The position numbers and the translations under genes were made by a program. DNA of 64,000 nt from an uncultured Ectothiorhodospiraceae bacterium (GTDB lineage: Bacteria; Pseudomonadota; Gammaproteobacteria; SZUA-152). The stretch spans positions 10,535-74,534 of the forward strand of contig CAYNYJ010000001.1 of assembly GCA_964401355.1 (NCBI GenBank), given 5' to 3'. A model generated the notes under the pieces. The model did no database searches, was not told the DNA's origin, and was given only the letters and a program-made list of their open reading frames with translations. Every line of letters begins with the position of its first letter. Positions within the stretch are counted from its first letter, which is position 1. This document shows, one piece after another, positions 45,532-55,825 of the stretch.

Positions 45532-46194
45532 ATGCAAAAAAGTTTTGAATTGTTGGTATTTGATTGGGACGGGACGTTAATGGATTCCGAGGCCCACATT
45601 GTGACCAGCATGCAGCTCGCAATGTCGGATGTGAAGCTGTCTGAAATGGCGCGGGCGGAAATTCGTGACATTATTGGTTTGGGTCTGGGTGAAGCCATCC
45701 GTCGGTTATTGCCGGATGAAAGCGATGAGCTGCATCTTGCGCTGGTAGATCGTTACCGCTATCACTTCTTTGCTGATGACCCCTGTGAACCCTTTGACGG
45801 CGCTGAGTCAGTATTGAAAACGTTACGTGATCAAGGCTATTTGATGGCGGTAGCGACGGGCAAAGGACGACGCGGCCTGGATCGTGTGCTACAAAACACC
45901 GGGTTTGGTCAATATTTTATTGAGACCCGCTGTGCGGATGAAACCTGTTCAAAACCGGATCCGCAGATGTTGCAGGAAATTATGGATGTCATCGGCGTAA
46001 CCCCCGAGCAGACCTTGATGATCGGCGATACCGAGTACGATCTGGAAATGGCAAACGCGGCCCGTACCGCAAGTGTAGGTGTCGATTATGGTGTGCATAG
46101 CACAGAGCGATTATTGGCCTGTGGCCCGCTGGGGTGTTTGTCTTCCATTAAAGAGCTGCCTGATTGGCTGGCGGCGCAGACGACAGGTCAATAA
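45532..46194 (+). CDS. HAD-IA family hydrolase (phosphoglycolate phosphatase-like)
   Basis: HAD motif I LVFDWDGTLMDS and motif IV GDTEYD. It occupies the PA2974-like position after rluC. Confidence 0.8.
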   Translation: MQKSFELLVFDWDGTLMDSEAHIVTSMQLAMSDVKLSEMARAEIRDIIGLGLGEAIRRLLPDESDELHLALVDRYRYHFFADDPCEPFDGAESVLKTLRDQGYLMAVATGKGRRGLDRVLQNTGFGQYFIETRCADETCSKPDPQMLQEIMDVIGVTPEQTLMIGDTEYDLEMANAARTASVGVDYGVHSTERLLACGPLGCLSSIKELPDWLAAQTTGQ

Positions 46195-46306
46195 TCACAG
46201 AAACATAGTGCGGCCTAATGATATTGAGCCCTGCATTTCATTTCAGGCTCATTTACATTTGGCATTTTTGAACGTTTACAAAAAAACAGAGTAAAAAAGG
46301 TACAAC

Positions 46307-47437
46307 ATGGCTGATCACGACAAACCAGAAAACGCTATAAAACCTGAAGCTTCACCCGATAAAAATGAAACGGGGCGAGCTGCGCAGAACAATGACAAAA
46401 AGCTCCGTGAAGAAAATGATGTTTGGACCTCCAATAAAGAAGTGGAAGAGTCTGACACGGAAAAATCCGCGATAACAACTCAGCAATCCAAGAGTAAAGA
46501 AGGCGATTGGGAGAAGGACACTTTAAACCGTCTGGCTTTTGCTGCCATCAACGAGCAACGTCGTGCGCGTCGCTGGAGTGTTTTTTTTAAATCACTTTTT
46601 TTCATCTATTTGTTCGTGATTTTTTTCTATATTCCTGGTGATTGGAATAAACCCAGCATGAAAACGGATATGCACACGGCGTTGATTGACCTCGAAGGCG
46701 TGATTGCGGCCAATACTCAGGCCAGTGCAGATAATCTGGTGGGAGCTTTGCGTGCCGCCTTTAAAGATAAAAAAACCACGGCGGTGCTGATGCGTATCAA
46801 CAGCCCTGGTGGCAGCCCGGTACAGGCCGGTTATGTTTATGACGAAATTAAACGTCTGCGTCAAAAATATCCGGATATCAAACTGTATGCCGTGATCGCT
46901 GACATCTGTGCCTCCGGGGGTTATTACATTGCGGCAGCTGCCGATGAAATTTATGCAGACAAAGCCAGCATTGTGGGCTCCATTGGGGTGTTAATGGATG
47001 GCTTTGGTTTTGTCGATACCATCAAGACACTGGGTATTGAACGCCGTTTGATGACGGCAGGGAAGCATAAAGGGGTGCTGGATCCATTTTCTCCACTGAA
47101 AAAGAGTGAAGTGAAACATGTACAGAACTTGCTGGATACGGTGCACAAGCAGTTTATCGATCAAGTGAAAGCCGGGCGCGGAGATCGTCTTTCCGATTCA
47201 CCTGATTTATTTACTGGCCTGTTTTGGAATGGAGAGGAAAGTGTCAAACTGGGATTAGTTGATGGGCTGGGCAGTGCCAGTTATGTTGCGCGTGAAATTA
47301 TCGGCGAGGAAAATATTGTTGATTTCACACCGCGGCCCAACTTTTTGAATCGATTCGCTGATCGTATTGGCGTGACCATGGCCAGTGTTTTGTCTAAAAC
47401 GGTAGGCTTGGAAGGCGCGACGAGTCCGCTTCGATAA
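46307..47437 (+). CDS. sppA: Signal peptide peptidase SppA, S49 family (36K type)
   Basis: N-terminal TM helix and the ClpP/crotonase-like S49 core with catalytic Ser (ADICASGGYYIAAAADEIYA). Confidence 0.85.
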   Translation: MADHDKPENAIKPEASPDKNETGRAAQNNDKKLREENDVWTSNKEVEESDTEKSAITTQQSKSKEGDWEKDTLNRLAFAAINEQRRARRWSVFFKSLFFIYLFVIFFYIPGDWNKPSMKTDMHTALIDLEGVIAANTQASADNLVGALRAAFKDKKTTAVLMRINSPGGSPVQAGYVYDEIKRLRQKYPDIKLYAVIADICASGGYYIAAAADEIYADKASIVGSIGVLMDGFGFVDTIKTLGIERRLMTAGKHKGVLDPFSPLKKSEVKHVQNLLDTVHKQFIDQVKAGRGDRLSDSPDLFTGLFWNGEESVKLGLVDGLGSASYVAREIIGEENIVDFTPRPNFLNRFADRIGVTMASVLSKTVGLEGATSPLR

Positions 47438-47569
47438 ACCTCATTGGCTTTAATGCGCAGACGACAACCTTATAGGGGTAATTGTTTTTGAGTAAAGCGT
47501 TATTGAATGGAAAACAGTAATGTAAAAAAATTTTCCACAGAAATTCATGCATTAGGGGCGCTATAAACT

Positions 47570-48511
47570 ATGTCAAAAAGTCATCCTATTGTTGCTATTA
47601 CGGGCGCCTCAGGTGCTGGCACTACCGTCGTTAAACAGGCCTTCGAAAATATTTTCCGGCGTGAAAATCTCACCGCGGCTTTTATAACGGGGGAATGTTT
47701 TCGTCGTTATGATCGCGAAGAAATGCAGGCCTTGTTAACGAAAAAGCAAGCGGAAGGCGTGTCTCTGAGTCCCTATGGGCCTGAGGTAAACCGTTTCGAC
47801 TTACTGGAATCATTGTTTGATTCGTACGCGCAAACGGGAACGGGAACCTTACGCCGATACATCAGTCAGGAATCCGCTTGTGAAACCCATATTCCTGAAG
47901 GTACCTTTTCAGACTGGGAATCACTGCCGGAAAATTCTGATTTGTTATTTTATGAAGGTTTGCATGGGGGGGTGGTTTCGGACAAATGGACACGCCGTCA
48001 GATGAGTGCCTCGCATAATCCAAAAGTCATCACAGAGCGTCGCAATAGTGAGAACAATGAGGGCGTCGACGTTGCGCGACACGTGGATCTGTTGATTGGT
48101 GTAGTGCCGGTGGTGAACCTTGAATGGATTCAAAAGATCAACCATGACAGAGATACCCGGGGATATTCTACGGATGCAACGTCAAGACACATTGTTGAGC
48201 GGATGCAGGATTACATTCACTTTATTGTGCCGCAATTTTCGGTGACGGATATTAATTTCCAGCGAGTGCCTATTGTCGATACGTCAAATCCGTTTATCGC
48301 CAGGGACATTCCGGAAAGCCACGAATGCATCGTGGTGATTCGTTTTCGTGATCCGGCTCGGTTTGATTTTCCACGCTTGCTTGAATTAATCGATGGTGCC
48401 TTCATGTCCCGGCCCAATAGCATGGTGATTTCCGGTAGCCAGTTGAAACAGGCTTTGGATGTCATTTGTACGCCGTTGATACAGGAGTTGGTTGTCGATT
48501 CCGCGAACTGA
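47570..48511 (+). CDS. prk: Phosphoribulokinase (bacterial type II PRK)
   Basis: Near-colinear with bacterial PRK/E. coli PrkB: HPIVAITGASGAGTT P-loop, LLFYEGLHGG, GVVPVVNLEWIQKI, FQRVPIVDTSNPF. Confidence 0.88.
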   Translation: MSKSHPIVAITGASGAGTTVVKQAFENIFRRENLTAAFITGECFRRYDREEMQALLTKKQAEGVSLSPYGPEVNRFDLLESLFDSYAQTGTGTLRRYISQESACETHIPEGTFSDWESLPENSDLLFYEGLHGGVVSDKWTRRQMSASHNPKVITERRNSENNEGVDVARHVDLLIGVVPVVNLEWIQKINHDRDTRGYSTDATSRHIVERMQDYIHFIVPQFSVTDINFQRVPIVDTSNPFIARDIPESHECIVVIRFRDPARFDFPRLLELIDGAFMSRPNSMVISGSQLKQALDVICTPLIQELVVDSAN

Positions 48512-48553
48512 GCGGCCACTGAAAAAAGACCTGTTGACAGATATGTGTACTCG

Positions 48554-49150
48554 CTACTTTTTTATTGGAGAAAGTACATCAAGGTTTTCTTCGGCCAGTA
48601 AGCGAATTAATTCGATCAGCGGTAAACCGATCAATGCGTTGGGATCTTCGCCTTCCAAACGCTCAAACAGGCTGATGCCCAGCCCCTCCGATTTAAAACT
48701 GCCGGCACAATCGTAAGGTTTTTCCTGCGTGAGGTAGTAATCAATTTGCGCCGCACTCAAGCTGCGGAACCGTACCGAAAACGGCACGAGCTTGATTTGC
48801 AGGTGTTGGCTGCGGGTGTTGAGCAAACACAGGCCAGTTAAAAATGTCACGTGCCGTCCGCTGGCATTTTGCAGCTGTTGGGTAGCGACGTCGTGGCTAC
48901 CAGGTTTGCCGAGGATATCACCGTCCAGCACCGCAACCTGATCGGAACCGATGATCAGGGCATCGGGATAATGTGGGGCGATGGCCTGGGCCTTGGCCTC
49001 TGCCAGGCGCATGACCAGAGTCTCCGGGGTTTCGCCCTCCAGTATCGCTTCATTGATATCCGGTGCCGCTGTTTCAAAGGGCAGCCCGAGGCGTTCGAGC
49101 AACAATTTTCGATAAGGTGAGGTTGAGGCGAGGACGAGAAGAGTTGTCAT
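48554..49150 (-). CDS. maf: Maf-like nucleotide pyrophosphatase (YceF-like)
   Basis: Maf family (LVLASTSPYRKLLLERLGL...IGSDQVAVLDG...DCAGSFKSEGLG). The internal ATG was chosen. It keeps the conserved position near rne. Confidence 0.85.
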   Translation of the reverse strand: MTTLLVLASTSPYRKLLLERLGLPFETAAPDINEAILEGETPETLVMRLAEAKAQAIAPHYPDALIIGSDQVAVLDGDILGKPGSHDVATQQLQNASGRHVTFLTGLCLLNTRSQHLQIKLVPFSVRFRSLSAAQIDYYLTQEKPYDCAGSFKSEGLGISLFERLEGEDPNALIGLPLIELIRLLAEENLDVLSPIKK

Positions 49151-49338
49151 TGTTGTTGGAGAGTCTGTGCGAAAATAAGTGAAAAAAAATGTTTGAGGCT
49201 GCCGCACATTCTACCGGTTTTCATCGCTTTCGGGAGGTATTTTCATGATTGCTGTGTGCAAAAGTCGGGGAAATGCGTTGACAGAAACCAGACTGGATGC
49301 CATACCTAACACACCGGTTGTACTTGGGAGTGACGTAA

Positions 49339-49716
49339 ATGATTCGCCAACGGGTACGAAAGCTCAGGACGAGGAAGACACGGACGAGTCCGCTCAAACT
49401 GTTGCGGAATACCGTATTTCTGATGGCCACAGCGTTTGCGGTCGTAATTACGGCCGTGATAGTGCCGAGCAGTACGGTGCTGGCGGAAGCCTGTACTTAT
49501 CGCGAAGCGTTAATGGCTGTGGAACAAGGAAATACGATGCGTGGATTGGCGTTGATGCGCATGGCGCGCCTTGATGGTGACCATCGCGCCAACGACTATC
49601 TGGCTCGTCACGGCGATGTGGCTGAAATTTCAGCTCATCTGCAATTCTCTCAATTCCAGGCGGTTCGACCGACCTCCGGTCATCTGGCTTTAAACAATCC
49701 CAGGTATCGCAACTAA
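49339..49716 (+). CDS. Hypothetical small exported protein with a Sel1/TPR-like half-repeat
   Basis: GGGAG SD lies 8 nt upstream. Features are a basic N-terminus, one hydrophobic helix, and YREALMAVEQGNTMRGLALMRMA. A second frame (49245-49574) with its own strong SD overlaps it. Confidence 0.35.
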   Translation: MIRQRVRKLRTRKTRTSPLKLLRNTVFLMATAFAVVITAVIVPSSTVLAEACTYREALMAVEQGNTMRGLALMRMARLDGDHRANDYLARHGDVAEISAHLQFSQFQAVRPTSGHLALNNPRYRN

Positions 49717-49851
49717 TCGTGCGGGGTTTGGGCGTGTCGGGTTTATCCCGCAATGGCCGATGACAGGAGGTCGGTTCGTTTGTTTCACAAAATGAACGGT
49801 TTGGAAGGGATGATTGGCCGGTGGAAAGTGGCCGGACGTTCGTTAGACTGC

Positions 49852-50334
49852 CTAAGTGTTGGCCGCGCTTATCCCAGTAAACCAACCACGTTTTTGTCCC
49901 TTCTCAATAAATTCTTGCGCCGATAACTCACCGTTGGCCGCGGCGCGTTGTAACCACATCAGGCCTTTGGAACGGTCGGCATGACTGCCTCGAATATACT
50001 GTAATCCCAATAAAAACTGGCCAGAAGCATTGTTATTTCTGGCCGCTTTTTGGTACCAGATTTCAGCCAATTTTGCACTTTTTGGCGTGCCCCAACCATT
50101 CTGATACGACAGCCCGACGAACACCTGAGCATCGGCGTGCCCCTGTGTGGCAAGAGTGGTCCACAGTGCAAAGGACAGGATAAAATTTCCGGCATTAAAG
50201 GCTCTCTGTCCAGCCTGAAGACCGTCTAGGTTGTCGCTAGAGGCTAGTGTAGGCAAACAAATGGACGCGAAAAGAGCCAGTGCCAATAGTCTTTTCAGAC
50301 TGTGTGAGTGTGACTTAGACAGCGTATGATGCAT
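49852..50334 (-). CDS. Secreted Sel1-repeat protein
   Basis: Signal peptide LLALALFASICLPTLASS followed by Sel1-like repeats (VGLSYQNGWGTPKSAKLAEIWYQKAA; GQFLLGLQYIRG). Confidence 0.6.
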   Translation of the reverse strand: MHHTLSKSHSHSLKRLLALALFASICLPTLASSDNLDGLQAGQRAFNAGNFILSFALWTTLATQGHADAQVFVGLSYQNGWGTPKSAKLAEIWYQKAARNNNASGQFLLGLQYIRGSHADRSKGLMWLQRAAANGELSAQEFIEKGQKRGWFTGISAANT

Positions 50335-50487
50335 GATCAAATCTTCCTCTTCATAATGGCTATCGTCCATCGGTAATAGTGCTGAAGGTCTATTTTGATC
50401 ATTTTTGACGTGCTGCACATTGAGTGTTTTTATGGTCAATGCAGCATTAAAAATTCACAGTAAAATCAGTTATTAAGGACTTAAAGC

Positions 50488-51312
50488 TTGGGTAATATCG
50501 AGAAATTGCGCGACATCATGGTGGCATTGCGGCACCCGGAAAACGGTTGTCCATGGGATTTGCAACAGAATTTTGCCAGCATTGTCCCGCACACCCTCGA
50601 AGAGGCTTACGAGGTCGCCAATGCCATTGAGAATGGTGACATGGATGAGTTGCGTGATGAACTGGGGGACTTACTGTTTCAGGTGGTATTTTATGCCCGC
50701 CTGGCTGAGGAGCAGGGAGATTTTGATTTTGAGCAAGTGGTGGATGGCATCATCGATAAACTGATCCGGCGACACCCACACGTGTTTGCCTCTGCCTATA
50801 TTGCGGACGTCGAGGCCCAGACCCAGGCCTGGGAAACGCAAAAGGCCGAGGAGCGCAAGCGACGAGCGGCGCAATCTGCAACGTTGAGTGTGCAGGGCAC
50901 ACTGACAGGCGTTGCGCTCGCCCTGCCAGCATTGTCTCGTGCCACTAAGCTGCAAAAACGGGCGGCACGAGTCGGTTTTGACTGGCCCGAGGTCTCTCCC
51001 GTGTTGGATAAAGTACTGGAAGAATTGAATGAAGTGAAGGCAGAAATCGCGCAGGGCGGCTCATCGATGCGGCTTGAAGAAGAGCTGGGTGATTTGTTGT
51101 TTGCCTGTACCAATCTTGCGCGTCATTTGCAGCTTGAACCCGAAACCGCTTTGCGCCGTGCCAACCGAAAATTCGAGCGGCGTTTTGCCTGTATGGAAGC
51201 GCTGGCAAGCCAACAAGGCGTCAGTTTGTCCGAGCTGAACCTGGATGCCTGGGAGGTACTGTGGGACGACGTAAAAGCCGATGAGCATTCGGCAGCACGC
51301 TGCACGTTCTGA
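50488..51312 (+). CDS. mazG: Nucleoside triphosphate pyrophosphohydrolase MazG
   Basis: Aligns with E. coli MazG from the N-terminus (IEKLRDIMVALRHPENGCPWD...EELGDLLFQVVFYA) with tandem MazG domains. TTG is the apparent start. Confidence 0.88.
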   Translation: MGNIEKLRDIMVALRHPENGCPWDLQQNFASIVPHTLEEAYEVANAIENGDMDELRDELGDLLFQVVFYARLAEEQGDFDFEQVVDGIIDKLIRRHPHVFASAYIADVEAQTQAWETQKAEERKRRAAQSATLSVQGTLTGVALALPALSRATKLQKRAARVGFDWPEVSPVLDKVLEELNEVKAEIAQGGSSMRLEEELGDLLFACTNLARHLQLEPETALRRANRKFERRFACMEALASQQGVSLSELNLDAWEVLWDDVKADEHSAARCTF

Positions 51313-51374
51313 TTAGTTAATAATTTCGCCAAGCTTTCCAACACATTTTTTTCCAGAATTATAAAATAGACGTT

Positions 51375-54300
51375 ATGCCTAACGATTTACAACCGCTCTC
51401 GGCGGCCATCACGGATTGCATGAGTCGCGATCAACACGCCTTTCGTCAGTCACTGCGACGTCTCACGCGAGCCACAGATTCGAATGAGGCGGATGCGGAT
51501 AAGCAACGAGTGTTTCTTACCGAGAAAATTGAGGCATCGTGTGCCCGCCAACGACGTCGGGCTGAGAGTATTCCTGCGCTTGATTTCCCGGCTGACTTGC
51601 CCGTGTCACAGCGCCGTGAAGAAATAGCCGAAGCTATTCAAAAACATCAGGTCGTGATTATTGCCGGGGAAACCGGTTCGGGAAAAACTACGCAATTACC
51701 AAAAATATGTCTAGGACTGGGGCGCGGTATCCGAGGCTTTATCGGCCATACCCAGCCTCGCCGTATTGCCGCCCGCAGCGTTGCCGCGCGTATTGCCGAA
51801 GAGTTGAAAACTACGCTCGGTGAGACGGTGGGCTTTAAGGTACGTTTTTCGGATCACTCGAAATCGTCCTCGCTCATCAAACTGATGACGGATGGTATTC
51901 TGTTGGCAGAATTACAAAACGACCGATATCTGAGTCAATACGATACTCTGATTATTGACGAGGCCCATGAGCGCAGTTTAAATATTGATTTCCTGTTAGG
52001 TTATCTTAAGCGGCTGTTACCCAAACGTCCCGATTTAAAAGTCATCATTACATCGGCGACTATTGACACCGAACGTTTTTCAAAACACTTCAATGATGCG
52101 CCAGTGATTTCTGTTATCGGTCGAAGTTACCCGATCGATATTCGCTACCATGCTTTTGATGACGGCACGGGTGATGACAAAGCGGAAGGTGACATTAATG
52201 ATGCGATACTTTCTGCAGTTGATGAACTTGTACAATACGATAATCAGCAGAACATCCAGGGCGATATCCTTATTTTTCTCAGCGGTGAAAGAGAAATACG
52301 GGAACTCGCCGAGGCCTTGCGCAAACATCACCCCGTCAATACCGATATTCTGCCGCTGTATTCCCGCCAAAGTGCCAGTGAGCAAAACCGGGTTTTTAAA
52401 CTGACCGGCCGCCGCCGTATTATTTTGGCCACCAATGTGGCGGAAACCTCGTTAACCGTTCCCGGTATTCGTTATGTGGTGGATCCGGGCACTGCACGCA
52501 TCAGTCGTTACAGTTATCGTAGCAAGGTGCAACGTTTGCCGATTGAAGCCATTGCCCAATCGAGCGCCAATCAACGGGCCGGACGCTGCGGACGGCTGAG
52601 CGATGGCATCTGTATTCGGCTCTATTCTGAGACGGATTTTCTTTCGCGGCCGGAATTTACCCAGCCGGAAATTCAACGCACAAACCTGGCGGCAGTAATT
52701 TTGCAAATGTGCCAGTTGGGTTTAGGCAACCCCGATGAATATCCGTTTATCGATCCACCCGATCATCGCTTTATTAACGATGGCTTCCGGTTGTTATTGG
52801 AATTGGGTGCCATTGATGCAAAACGAAAGTTGACTTATGTTGGCAAACGTTTGGCGCGTCTGCCCATTGATCCACGGCTGGGGCGTATGGTGCTGGCTGC
52901 GGAGGAAAAGGCTTGTCTGAATGAAGTATTGATCATTGTCAGTGCATTGAGTGTGCAGGATGCACGCGAACGCCCGGTCGAAAAACAACAAAAAGCTGAT
53001 GAGAAGCATCGTGAATTTCGCGATCAAGATTCCGATTTTGTGGCGATGCTGAATCTTTGGAAGATCTATCAAGACCGTAAAAAACATCTGACGCAGAATA
53101 AACTTCGGCAATATTGCAAGCAACATTTTTTATCGTTTATGCGTCTGAGAGAATGGTCGGAGACCTATCAGCAATTAGCCAGCCTGGTGAAAGGCATGGG
53201 AATAAAAACCAATCATTCCCCGGCAGAGTATTCGGCAATACACCAGGCCTTGTTGACAGGCTTGCTGGGTAATATTGGTGTTAAACATCAGTCGGATACG
53301 AAAAAGGCCGATGAAAAACGGAAAAAAATTCAGCCTTATCTCGGTGCACGCAATACGGAGTTCCGACTATTTCCTGGTTCGGGCCTGTCCAAAAAGGCTC
53401 CGGCCTGGATGATGTCCGCGGAACTGGTCGAGACCAGCCGTTTATTTGCGAGACAAAATGCCCGCATCGAACCTGAATGGATTGAGGCTGCGGCACAACA
53501 TTTGGTGAAACGCAGCTACAGCGAACCTCACTGGAGCGCGAAACAAGGTTTGGTGAAAGCCTATGAAACGGTGACACTATATGGCTTGATCTTACAGACC
53601 AGACGTAGCGTACATTACGGTCCCATTAACGCGGAGGTGGCTAGAGAGTTGTTTATTCGTGAGGCCCTGGTGCTCGGCAACTATCGCAGCACGGCGAGTT
53701 TTTTTTCGCATAACCAGGATTTGATTAACGAAGCGCGCGAACTAGAGTCCATGACACGTCGCCCGGATGTGCTGGTGGATGATGAAACCTTGTTCCAGTT
53801 TTTTGATCAACGTATTCCGGCCACGGTATTCAGTCATGCGACCTTTGAAAAATGGCGCAAACAGATGGAGTCAAGTTCGCCCGGCATTTTGAAATTATCG
53901 CGTAACGTTGTATTTTCGGCGCACGGTGAATCATCGGGGGTGGATTATCCTGCGGAAATTATGGTGAATAACTCCCCCTTTAAATTGCAATATTGTTTCA
54001 GCCCGGGCGACGAAGACGATGGTGTGACAGCAGTCATTCCGTTAGGTGCCTTGAACCAACTCAATGAAAAACCCTTCGCATGGTTGGTGCCGGGCTTTCT
54101 TTCGGAGAAAGTTGCCGTTTTGTTGAAGGGCTTGCCAAAAAATATTCGCAAGCAACTCGTGCCGATACCCGACTGCGTCACGTTGGTGATGGAACATCTG
54201 AAAAAAGATTTATGCATCGAAAACTACAGTGAGAGAGAGGAGCTGGTTTCCAGAATATCAGTGATTATCCACCGTGAAAGACAGGTTCAGATAAAGACTA

Positions 54301-55340
54301 ATGACTGGCGCTTTGAATTGTTGCCTGATCATTGTCAGATGCGGTTTTCAGTGCTTGACCATCAACAGAAAATCCTGGGGACCGGGCGTTGTCTGGCCGA
54401 TTTGCAGACCCGTTTTTCGGAACATGCGACAGGTGAGATGAAGCAGATACAGGTTGACTCTGTCTGGCAAGATTCGGGAGCAACACGTTGGCTATTTGGT
54501 GATTTTCCCGAATCAATCAATGTTGATCGCGGTGGTCATCAATATCAGGTCTATCCTGCGATCGTTGATAAGCAAGACTCGGTGGGTGTGGAATTAATGG
54601 ATTCACGTCAGCGAGCGCAGCAGGTTCATGCTGGCGGGCTAAAACGATTATTGGCATTGAGCAATGTCAAAGATGTGAAATACGTGATGCGTAACTTGCC
54701 GGCGATTGATGCAATGTGTTTGATTTATTCCACATTGGAAAGCTGTGAAGCGTTAAAAAATGACCTGCGTAATATCATTTTGGAGAGAAGTTATTTTCAC
54801 GGTGCAGCGGGTGAGAATGGGTATGCGGTGCGCAGCGAACAACAGTTTTCTGATTGCCTGAGAAATGGAAAGCCGTTGATGCCAGAGGCACAGGTGGTGT
54901 GTCGGCTGGTGACGGAAACGCTGACCCACTACCAGATCGTCCTCAATAAATACAATGGCCATTGCGCCACTTTGCCCAGCGCCGCACAACACGACATAAA
55001 GGCTCAGCTGGATGGTTTGGTGTATCCGGGTTTTTTACGTTCCACACCTGCAGAGTGGCTGCCACATCTTGCACGGTTTTTACGTGCCCTGGATTTTCGC
55101 CTGGATAAACTCATCAGTGCACCGGTGACCGATGAATCAAAACTAAAACAATTACAGCCTCTGATTGAATCTTGTACCGGTCTGAAAGATTCCGCGCAAA
55201 CGGCTCAATGTCAGGCTGAATGGGTTAAATTGAAATGGATGTTGGAAGAGTTCCGGGTGTCATTGTTTGCTCAGGGTTTGAAGACTTCGATACCGGTTTC
55301 GATCAAGCGAATCGAAAAACAAATGCGCCTGTGTGGTTGA
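51375..55340 (+). CDS. hrpA: ATP-dependent RNA helicase HrpA (DEAH-box)
   Basis: 1321 aa with GETGSGKTTQLPK Walker A, DEAH, HA2/OB domains and the long HrpA C-terminal extension. Confidence 0.93.
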   Translation: MPNDLQPLSAAITDCMSRDQHAFRQSLRRLTRATDSNEADADKQRVFLTEKIEASCARQRRRAESIPALDFPADLPVSQRREEIAEAIQKHQVVIIAGETGSGKTTQLPKICLGLGRGIRGFIGHTQPRRIAARSVAARIAEELKTTLGETVGFKVRFSDHSKSSSLIKLMTDGILLAELQNDRYLSQYDTLIIDEAHERSLNIDFLLGYLKRLLPKRPDLKVIITSATIDTERFSKHFNDAPVISVIGRSYPIDIRYHAFDDGTGDDKAEGDINDAILSAVDELVQYDNQQNIQGDILIFLSGEREIRELAEALRKHHPVNTDILPLYSRQSASEQNRVFKLTGRRRIILATNVAETSLTVPGIRYVVDPGTARISRYSYRSKVQRLPIEAIAQSSANQRAGRCGRLSDGICIRLYSETDFLSRPEFTQPEIQRTNLAAVILQMCQLGLGNPDEYPFIDPPDHRFINDGFRLLLELGAIDAKRKLTYVGKRLARLPIDPRLGRMVLAAEEKACLNEVLIIVSALSVQDARERPVEKQQKADEKHREFRDQDSDFVAMLNLWKIYQDRKKHLTQNKLRQYCKQHFLSFMRLREWSETYQQLASLVKGMGIKTNHSPAEYSAIHQALLTGLLGNIGVKHQSDTKKADEKRKKIQPYLGARNTEFRLFPGSGLSKKAPAWMMSAELVETSRLFARQNARIEPEWIEAAAQHLVKRSYSEPHWSAKQGLVKAYETVTLYGLILQTRRSVHYGPINAEVARELFIREALVLGNYRSTASFFSHNQDLINEARELESMTRRPDVLVDDETLFQFFDQRIPATVFSHATFEKWRKQMESSSPGILKLSRNVVFSAHGESSGVDYPAEIMVNNSPFKLQYCFSPGDEDDGVTAVIPLGALNQLNEKPFAWLVPGFLSEKVAVLLKGLPKNIRKQLVPIPDCVTLVMEHLKKDLCIENYSEREELVSRISVIIHRERQVQIKTNDWRFELLPDHCQMRFSVLDHQQKILGTGRCLADLQTRFSEHATGEMKQIQVDSVWQDSGATRWLFGDFPESINVDRGGHQYQVYPAIVDKQDSVGVELMDSRQRAQQVHAGGLKRLLALSNVKDVKYVMRNLPAIDAMCLIYSTLESCEALKNDLRNIILERSYFHGAAGENGYAVRSEQQFSDCLRNGKPLMPEAQVVCRLVTETLTHYQIVLNKYNGHCATLPSAAQHDIKAQLDGLVYPGFLRSTPAEWLPHLARFLRALDFRLDKLISAPVTDESKLKQLQPLIESCTGLKDSAQTAQCQAEWVKLKWMLEEFRVSLFAQGLKTSIPVSIKRIEKQMRLCG

Positions 55341-55680
55341 TTCACGGAGAATCTGTTGATGCATTAATAGATTATAAAAACATGATGTTCTTAATTATTT
55401 TATCATGATGTTGTTTTTCGTTAACGTTGAAAATGATGAAGATCACTGCACGTTAACGACAATTTAGCCCCTGTTATTTTTCCGTGGGTAAGCCTTGAAA
55501 TGGGACTAAAATAAAATTCCGTTATAAATTACTACCTTAACAACTTATCGGGTTTTCCCTCTTGTTGGATTGAAAATACTGGCTAGTATTAATAGTGAGT
55601 GTCGCTCTTGATTGGTCGTTTGACCCAACTTGCGCAGCGCGGGGCTCGTTTGGATGATGCTGTTGAGTATCTTTGTTTCG

Positions 55681-55751
55681 TACAGAAATGTGTTGCGCAG
55701 AAGTGTTCTACACGGAAGCGCTTTACACGGAAGTGCCTAGTACAGAGATCC
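55681..55751 (+). repeat. Degenerate tandem repeats (about 14-15 nt period, 4-5 copies)
   Basis: TACAGAAATGTG / CGCAGAAGTGTTC / TACACGGAAGCGCTT / TACACGGAAGTGCCTAG / TACAGAGATCC with the shared core AC(A/G)GAA(A/G)(T/C)G. Confidence 0.5.
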
Positions 55752-55825
55752 TGATGCGTCACATGGGCTGCCACTTGGCCGCATGGTTCAAGACACGGGG
55801 CGACACTGCACCTCCTAGCTGAAAA

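Noticed and set aside
49245-49574. 109-aa plus-strand ORF overlapping the 49339 ORF
   Set aside because: It has no domain or signal features, while the competing frame has a signal-like helix and a Sel1-like repeat. It is still kept as unresolved in the findings because its SD is strong.
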